From IMG/VR virus record IMGVR_UViG_3300045988_126062: a stretch of 64,000 nucleotides of DNA; one strand, 5' to 3'. The notes under the pieces were generated by a model that made no database searches, was not told the DNA's origin, and worked only from the letters and a program-made list of their open reading frames with translations. Positions within the stretch are counted from its first letter, which is position 1. Each line of letters begins with the position of its first letter. A program made the translations under genes and the position numbers. The DNA is from a virus. Shown piece by piece: positions 58,201 to 64,000 of the stretch.

Positions 58201-61200
58201 TTCTATCACGGTAGCCGTTTCTCCACCTATGTTAAGAGAATACCTTTTAGTGCCATTAGCGTTCGTTTCAGAGCTTATTTGAATAGGAACCAATGATTTT
58301 ATAGAAGATATAAATTTATCGGCTCTAAGACCTGCAATTTCATACCTTTCGTTGCCATCGTTGGATATTCTTCTAACCATCAACGTCTCTGGATTCTGGG
58401 CGCTATCTATGTTAGCTCCAGGCGTATTATCGGATTCATCTAACTCATTTACAAGAGAATCTATATTGGTATCATCCTCCCCAAAATTACTTAACGTAGA
58501 TTCGGAAATACGACCTTTATCAATAATCCTGTTTTGTTCGATATAAGGAAGGAGATCTGTGATGTTTCCAACCTGGCCAAGATCTTCTATGGTAAATACC
58601 GAATCGGCAAGCTTATCTTCGTCAACCTTCTCCCCTTTATCCCGTCTGTTCATTATGTCAACATACGAAGAAATAGCATCATCAAGCTCCTTCCTTTGAT
58701 CTGGTTCTAAATTGGATTTAGCCATATCAATAATAGCTTTATTATCCTCATACACAGATCTCGGACTTGTAAGCCTATCAGCCTTCTCAGATAATGATTT
58801 TATGAGATTAACAGGACTGTCACCCAAAGACGATACATAATCATCAAAATCTTGTTTATATTTATCATACACATCTTTTTCTCTCGCAGTAAGAAGATCG
58901 GTATTACCTGTATATAGTTTATCAATTATAGACTGCCTTACGGCCGGAACCATAATAGGATTATCCATAGCAGCCTCATAATCTTCATCTGATACAGACT
59001 CCGTAAGCGGTGACTCTTTTATATCATCTTCTGCTTCCTTCATCCTATCTTCCCTTACTTTATCAAGAGCATGCATAAAAGCCTTGATAGTCCAAGCTTC
59101 GTCTTCCGAAATCTTACCTTCTGACACAGCTTGATCTACTACCTCATCAGTATCATATTCACCGACTTTATTAGGCTCTGCAAAATCAGGAACCTTGTCA
59201 TCCCCCTTATAAGGAGTAGACCATAGAGAAGACAGCGCTTTTGAAAATCCCCTGTTTTCCTCAGCTAAGAATCTTTTATCAAGCATCTTAGACAAGAAGT
59301 TATTCATATTCCTATAGTCCATCAAACTCCTTCGGTATTCATTTACCAAGGATCTCATGGCTTTGTCTTTGGCTGTAAACTTCTTTTCCTGTCTTGATTT
59401 TACATTAAAATAATCATCAAAAGCCACAAGTGTATCATAGGCTTCTATTACATCTTGTGAACTTATGGGAGAAAGAGGAGATGATAAAACAGATTCGGTT
59501 TTACTTACCAGCTCTTCTATCGAAAACTCTTTTCCTATTAACGTTGATAACTCAGACAACGAATTGTTGTAATTGGTTCTAAGGCTTTCCAATTCTTTGG
59601 TTTTTCGTTGTATGGATTCAGCTTGTGGATCTTTCCCTTCTACGTTGCGAGGGCGGGTAGCAAGATCTTCTATTTCGGATTCAAGTTCTTCTATTCTTGA
59701 CCGTATGCCACGGATAGCCATCGCCCGCTCCCTTGCCCTGTCCGACAGCCGGGAGAACGTACTTAGAGCATCCGCCACGCGAGGCTGCCCCGAAAGCGTT
59801 TCTATGACAGAAGCTATGTCTTTCATTCTTGATTCCGATTGAAGACCAAGAAAAGCATTACGAGCCACGTATTTCCTAAACTCAATCTTAGAATCATCAC
59901 CTATAAGATCTTCGGCAAAACTCTGGGCAGATCTGAAATCCGAAAGACGATTATTATAATTATCAATAATAGAGTCCTTGTATTTCTTTGCCTCTTCCAA
60001 AGACATTCCATTAGCTTCGGCTATTTCCGAAATAGGCATCATATCAATCATCTGCCGGAAATTTTCAGCCGAATCCTCTAAGGTTCCCATTTGGTTGTCA
60101 ATAGACATCTTTTCAAACATAGCATCATCAAGCTCCTTACCAGTCATAGACTGGGCATCGGAACGAACTTGAGGCCCTAAACTCATTGATTTTTTCAACG
60201 TATTCAAAGCCGCCGTGTTAAGATTAGAAGATGCTTTGTTATATTCATTCACTTGCCTTTCCAGCAAGATCTGACTATTACTATACTCTTTCACCCCAAA
60301 GAAGCCTTCTCTCATACCAAACAAAAAACCGATAATAGCACCGATTCCTATTTCAGTCCATCCTTCTTTAGACGTATATTGCTTTTTAAATCCTTCAGAA
60401 ATAGCATCAAGAACATCAACGGCTCCGTTCATGGCGACATTATCATATCTTGACTTAACATATTCCTCAGCCGTATTCTGAACAGCACCTTGAGATCCTT
60501 CTTCCCATAAGCCTTCAGATACCGGTCTTTTCATGATATTGAAAACATTGCCTGCTATCTTCTGTCCTATATTGGGATTGGTTATTTTAATAGCCATCTC
60601 TCCCGGCTTCGCAACTTCCGTACCTAATCCAAATAAATGCTTGTTGAGCTTCTTTTCCAACCCAGGTATAGCCTTGCCTCCTAACCCTATATACTTACCA
60701 AAAAGAAGCCAGTTAGATAATCCTACGATACCCATATTGGCGGCAAATATAGCACTACCTACATCAGCATTAGAATTACGAAAAACAGCCATTTCCTCTG
60801 CATTGGGATCACGACCATAAATCTTACGATAATAATCCTTGAAATCAGACTCAGATTGCTTCATAAAAGAATTTGCTTCAACCGATGACTCGAATCCGGC
60901 ACTGGTAGCCAACAACGTCATGGTCTTAGCCGCCTCCCCTACATTTCTTCCGGTAGCAACTCCTTTTCTTACATAGTCGTTAAACACGCTTTTAAGGCTT
61001 CCTATGCCCCTATTGGCAGCTTGCCTTGCTGCTAACTTAGCTCCGATTCTTCCACCTAATTTAGCGCCTATATTACCCAATGATCCAACTCCAAGTCCTC
61101 CGGTCATGTACGCTGATATCATGGCTCCTACGGTAAAAGACATACCATTACCAAGGACGTCATTCCACAAGAAATTACCGGTATCCTTAAAAAGCTTCTG

Positions 61201-61872
61201 ACCAAAATTATAATCTTCTACCTCTTTCTTGTAATAATGGGGAAGAAGCATGTCTATTTGCTGGTCAAGATCACCTACAAACTTATCCATGTTAGTGTTT
61301 AACGCGGCTTTGTAACTTCCCTCAGATGCCATATTGATAAGTTTGTCAGGCAGTGACACAACTCCTTGCGCACCGTACAATGCGGATTTTAAAGCGAATT
61401 TGCCTACACCATTCCAAAACTTACTCCATCCGCTCTGTCTCCTGGCATAATAATCCTCATTGTTTATACCCGGAATATAGTTGGGATATTTTGTACGCCA
61501 TACCCCATCATTACCCATCTGATGACTTTCACGGATACTTACCTTCGGTCCATAGGGATTAAGAGGCGGCGGGGCAGGTGTAGCCCCCCTGTAGCTGTTA
61601 CGAGCCAGTGCCTCTGAGTAGCTGTTGCTTATCTCCTTGGCTATATACGGTTCTTCGTATTCGGCAGCAGCTATCCTTGATGCGTAATCCGGAAATTTAG
61701 GTTGGGCATACACACCTTCACCAGGCATATAATTAGGAACCAGAGGCGTTGTCGTCTCTGGTAATGTAGCCGGAGTGTAATTCTCTTCTTCGGCTAATTT
61801 CCTTTGCCTTGCCACATCTTCGTAAGTGGTTTTAGCAGCAGGATTATATCTATCTATATTATTGTCAGCCAT
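55228..61872 (-). CDS. Giant protein (2214 aa) with a central acidic/Ala-Pro low-complexity region; crAss-like virion/ejected protein candidate
   Basis: Uninterrupted 6.6-kb ORF; overlap-coupled to both neighbours. Confidence 0.8.
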   Translation of the reverse strand: MADNNIDRYNPAAKTTYEDVARQRKLAEEENYTPATLPETTTPLVPNYMPGEGVYAQPKFPDYASRIAAAEYEEPYIAKEISNSYSEALARNSYRGATPAPPPLNPYGPKVSIRESHQMGNDGVWRTKYPNYIPGINNEDYYARRQSGWSKFWNGVGKFALKSALYGAQGVVSLPDKLINMASEGSYKAALNTNMDKFVGDLDQQIDMLLPHYYKKEVEDYNFGQKLFKDTGNFLWNDVLGNGMSFTVGAMISAYMTGGLGVGSLGNIGAKLGGRIGAKLAARQAANRGIGSLKSVFNDYVRKGVATGRNVGEAAKTMTLLATSAGFESSVEANSFMKQSESDFKDYYRKIYGRDPNAEEMAVFRNSNADVGSAIFAANMGIVGLSNWLLFGKYIGLGGKAIPGLEKKLNKHLFGLGTEVAKPGEMAIKITNPNIGQKIAGNVFNIMKRPVSEGLWEEGSQGAVQNTAEEYVKSRYDNVAMNGAVDVLDAISEGFKKQYTSKEGWTEIGIGAIIGFLFGMREGFFGVKEYSNSQILLERQVNEYNKASSNLNTAALNTLKKSMSLGPQVRSDAQSMTGKELDDAMFEKMSIDNQMGTLEDSAENFRQMIDMMPISEIAEANGMSLEEAKKYKDSIIDNYNNRLSDFRSAQSFAEDLIGDDSKIEFRKYVARNAFLGLQSESRMKDIASVIETLSGQPRVADALSTFSRLSDRARERAMAIRGIRSRIEELESEIEDLATRPRNVEGKDPQAESIQRKTKELESLRTNYNNSLSELSTLIGKEFSIEELVSKTESVLSSPLSPISSQDVIEAYDTLVAFDDYFNVKSRQEKKFTAKDKAMRSLVNEYRRSLMDYRNMNNFLSKMLDKRFLAEENRGFSKALSSLWSTPYKGDDKVPDFAEPNKVGEYDTDEVVDQAVSEGKISEDEAWTIKAFMHALDKVREDRMKEAEDDIKESPLTESVSDEDYEAAMDNPIMVPAVRQSIIDKLYTGNTDLLTAREKDVYDKYKQDFDDYVSSLGDSPVNLIKSLSEKADRLTSPRSVYEDNKAIIDMAKSNLEPDQRKELDDAISSYVDIMNRRDKGEKVDEDKLADSVFTIEDLGQVGNITDLLPYIEQNRIIDKGRISESTLSNFGEDDTNIDSLVNELDESDNTPGANIDSAQNPETLMVRRISNDGNERYEIAGLRADKFISSIKSLVPIQISSETNANGTKRYSLNIGGETATVIELPYHARWSIDKESARVLNRYTDVSIQDVGNSYSLVYKRLDSDELVPYRTGVGFGENEVDKIDQEALSFLKKGDKVNLEIDVNDTYNQSLFTEYNDAVQSGDKKRIESAENKLVSNMVIKVMSGNRFVSVVKADTGGIDGISKIRRTAFNKWKKDAGRSATIGVGTHVVAQTLPGRPVFNMKVNGQGYGQVENLPITEKGAEKVSDVGYVLNGKVVLKNGSKYTGFPFAYSILNDKGNNYKNVRVPVVVIKGKNGLNYLFPVSLRSVESEEGQKWMSFIDMLLESGDSELLQMGQDDIQDLNAYLTKLGLDPASYQVSYLNPISGLRKAREAIEKLSTVPDVVKWVEDESRNVKDIVTSEVESGIDFEGEMFVAPKIRIQFGKSSSRPKSLIEDDLPFSDEGKTVTSKVEDVEVYEEEMPEEGAARETQPAPLAQPAPAAQDAQSLPGKKRTSRKNFSLMLNEIESHIEKEGLPPYANIFDFIARKIVGGDLRFLRERGNPKSLKEEMGLEPKGTVGDKISTPSGKGGKTLEEYVSWLRSQTDQVVEDYVGPRSDEQIISELKNFLKYINFVPSKALNYSLRVNGMDTLKEYGTKEEVEKMESDINSLVSKVLPTVDNQTIEDVSTVIKSNNLPAIWGPVESLDMTNEEKIEFLNNVADFLSGIPEYDAVVESIESESDNILNDGKEGSAEGGAVRTEEDGDKKGDGEGKGQSRTNVEVERNVELPGSEEGRVDNYRKNGDKFSDIAEVTLWLLRRAAGITSIPEGEEVYVEGDEVNSIMTDMESRYGIDTINHSHTTKAIRDLNGVSGYKVEYGLTFLTYDPFIRISNLRKGSKAAKDEPRISEESLTHISRVTTPYFLYGGDEAYTSVPAKVEPIPEKIMGRNGIKFGMSVVELTKLGYKKAGGNWIYKFYMNSGVYDLYNISTGEAFRAKPDLGVKISSSAFIRSLSQSGRKIQNMMSNMSQEEIDRNKNLVEGSDNSDSINELNKEC

Positions 61873-63940
61873 AAATTTTCTGCAAAAAATCGTTCAACTT
61901 ACTAAACTTGTCATTCATATTGGGCGTGATATTTATTCCTCTCATATACGGATCCCTCATCTGATCAAGACGTTCTTGAACAGCCTCCTTCACGTATTTT
62001 ACAAAGAAGTACTGAGGACACTTCTGGTGAATGCTATTCCAGTAATCCGCATACTCATCATTACCTGGATCCAAAGGAACAAAATCCGAGAACAACAATG
62101 CAGGATTTTTAGAATTTTTAGTCCTTTTGTCATAGAAATTGACCGCTACCTCTCTTGAACCCCTGTCATCCATTCCCTCCAACTGAACTGATATGTTATC
62201 AGACATGTCAATAAAATTATCAACAAGGGTTTTAACAACATTCATTTCTTCTGGCTTAAGGTAAGAACCATGAACCTTTACTATATCATAAAGATCATTC
62301 TTAACATCAGCCTTAGAAGCCAAACGGGGAAGACCATTACGTATAAGATACTTATCATAAGAATAACCTTCCTTCTTTCCGGTATCTACAAAATCACAGG
62401 TTCCAAAACTTGATTTGTAACCATCCACCGGATAATTACGCTCCTCGACCGAAGGATCTATACCCGCCTTAAGAAGCTCGTCATTCGTAATCTCAACCCT
62501 TTCTGTAACATAAGAATTTTTACCGGAACCTACTTGAGCAGTCAAGAATCTTCTAACAGTGCCATTATCTATCTCGGCATCCATATTAATGGCATTAATA
62601 GCAGTAGGATCCAGATTATTTACCTTTCCTGCCATGTAACCAGACAATCTTCTAAACTGAGCCTTCTGCAAAGACTTTTCCGGTGAATCGGCATTCCAAT
62701 TGTATCTTTTGTAAGAATCAAGGTAATGATACTGAGATAACTTATCAGAAATCTGATCAGGAGATACAGACATTTTTATCTCATCCTGCATCTGACCTGC
62801 TATCATATCAGACACTCTACTGTTTTTCTCAGCATATCTTAGCTGGGTAATAGTTAATGGTTCACCTTCCTGATAATCTTTTAAATCTATATCACCATCC
62901 TTATCTATGGTCATATAATCTGATATATTAAAATCAGGATCGCCGTTGAGTTTCTTCATTCCATTAATAAGAGCCAATGTACCAGTAGAAGAACCATTAT
63001 TCTCGCTTGTAATAGCATCAGATATGTTTTTCCCCAACTTGCCGGCACTCGCCTTAGCTCCTAATGACGGAGATATAGCACTAAGAATATCTATTCCTCT
63101 TGAAGGGTCCATCATGTATTCTCTGAACCCTACGGCATCAGATACACCAGTTGTTATGGCTGTGGCGAGCAGGAAGGCTCCAGCCTTATCATCTGTATCG
63201 GTAAGATTTATAAAAGAATTTCCTTTCATAAACTTAGCATTACGAACTTTACTGATAATATCCTTATTTTTTTTAGTAACTATATTATCTATTTGATAAT
63301 CAGTTATGTTATTTATAGCCTTTGTAGCTCCATTTGCCTTAGAATCAGAAAGAAGTAAAGCATCATAAGCTTCAGACAATCTGTTATTTCCTTGTCCAAA
63401 ATATCCGTTTTTCTGACCTCCATTATTTTTTAAATAAGAATATATCCGTTCTTCAGGAGTCATATTAGCATACAATCCTGGGTCAGTTTTTTCTTCTTCG
63501 TATGATGCTGCAACGATATTACTTCTGTCTGTAGGAGATAATGAATTATATAATTTCAATAAATTTGCTCTACGCTCTGTGGAAGAAGATGTGAGTTGTT
63601 CATAAGGGATATTAGCCAAATTAACAGATCCTATCTTACCCGTTCCAGAATTGATAGCCGTAGGCCCGTCCATAGGAGCCATCGGCACTCCTACACCGCC
63701 TGCTCCTCTTGTGCCTCCGGATGAGCTTTCAGTGCCCATCTTGGAACCGTAAGTACGCATGTATTCGGTTTCAATCTTAGCCTGTGCAAGTTGCTCTTTT
63801 GCCAACGATATTTCAACCATAGACTTAGCATTATCAGTCAAAAACTTTTGCTGAGCCCTATCCTCTGCCAACCTTGCAAAATAAAGATCATCTTTCTTCC
63901 TTTCAAAACTTGTATTGTCGTATCTCCATGCATCAGTCAT
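61865..63940 (-). CDS. Large hypothetical protein (691 aa), probably a virion component
   Basis: ORF track; 8-nt overlap with the downstream 2214-aa gene. Confidence 0.65.
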   Translation of the reverse strand: MTDAWRYDNTSFERKKDDLYFARLAEDRAQQKFLTDNAKSMVEISLAKEQLAQAKIETEYMRTYGSKMGTESSSGGTRGAGGVGVPMAPMDGPTAINSGTGKIGSVNLANIPYEQLTSSSTERRANLLKLYNSLSPTDRSNIVAASYEEEKTDPGLYANMTPEERIYSYLKNNGGQKNGYFGQGNNRLSEAYDALLLSDSKANGATKAINNITDYQIDNIVTKKNKDIISKVRNAKFMKGNSFINLTDTDDKAGAFLLATAITTGVSDAVGFREYMMDPSRGIDILSAISPSLGAKASAGKLGKNISDAITSENNGSSTGTLALINGMKKLNGDPDFNISDYMTIDKDGDIDLKDYQEGEPLTITQLRYAEKNSRVSDMIAGQMQDEIKMSVSPDQISDKLSQYHYLDSYKRYNWNADSPEKSLQKAQFRRLSGYMAGKVNNLDPTAINAINMDAEIDNGTVRRFLTAQVGSGKNSYVTERVEITNDELLKAGIDPSVEERNYPVDGYKSSFGTCDFVDTGKKEGYSYDKYLIRNGLPRLASKADVKNDLYDIVKVHGSYLKPEEMNVVKTLVDNFIDMSDNISVQLEGMDDRGSREVAVNFYDKRTKNSKNPALLFSDFVPLDPGNDEYADYWNSIHQKCPQYFFVKYVKEAVQERLDQMRDPYMRGINITPNMNDKFSKLNDFLQKIYG

Positions 63941-64000
63941 CTTATCGAAAAGATTATTGGTAACAACAAAATTAGCAGCCGCTACCGGATCTGATGAAGC

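Noticed and set aside
40201-61872. Alternative genetic code (TAG/TGA reassignment) as seen in some crAss-like phages
   Set aside because: Both giant genes and the dense + strand module are uninterrupted under the standard code, so there is no evidence of stop-codon recoding in this window.

Overview
This 64-kb window is AT-rich (~35% GC) and densely coding. It looks like part of a large dsDNA phage genome, most plausibly a crAss-like (Crassvirales) phage of a Bacteroidota host. That host guess rests on giant co-oriented ORFs, a DnaB/primase/helicase module and several TAnnTTTG Bacteroides-type promoter boxes; it is an inference, not proven. From 0.2 to 38.5 kb the + strand carries a tightly packed early/replication module: a DnaB-like helicase, a Zn-ribbon/TOPRIM-like primase candidate, an SF2 DEAH helicase, two RecB/Cas4-family PD-(D/E)xK nucleases, an ABC-type ATPase, an NfeD-flotillin membrane pair and many small hypothetical genes. 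From 38.6 to 64 kb a minus-strand module holds giant ORFs of 2140, 2214, 752 and 691 aa with translational coupling, typical of crAss-like virion or ejected proteins. The most notable content is a set of OMEGA-type (IS200/IS605-derived) RNA-guided nuclease loci inside the phage genome. Two ~90% identical IscB genes of 408 and 412 aa sit in inverted orientation, each directly preceded by a conserved structured omega-RNA scaffold with a different upstream guide-like sequence. A third, orphan copy of the same scaffold (30.0 kb) shows compensatory stem changes, has its own distinct upstream sequence, ends in a GC hairpin, and lies just upstream of a Cas4-like nuclease gene. There is also an intact TnpB at 0.7-1.9 kb and a 5'-truncated TnpB remnant at 16.9 kb. 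Other signals are ~52-bp iteron-like tandem repeats at the window start, a G10 homopolymer at codons 22-24 of a minus-strand gene (phase-variation candidate), an RGG/YG-rich low-complexity protein, many short GC-rich islands embedded in AT-rich coding sequence, and several clean hairpin terminators.
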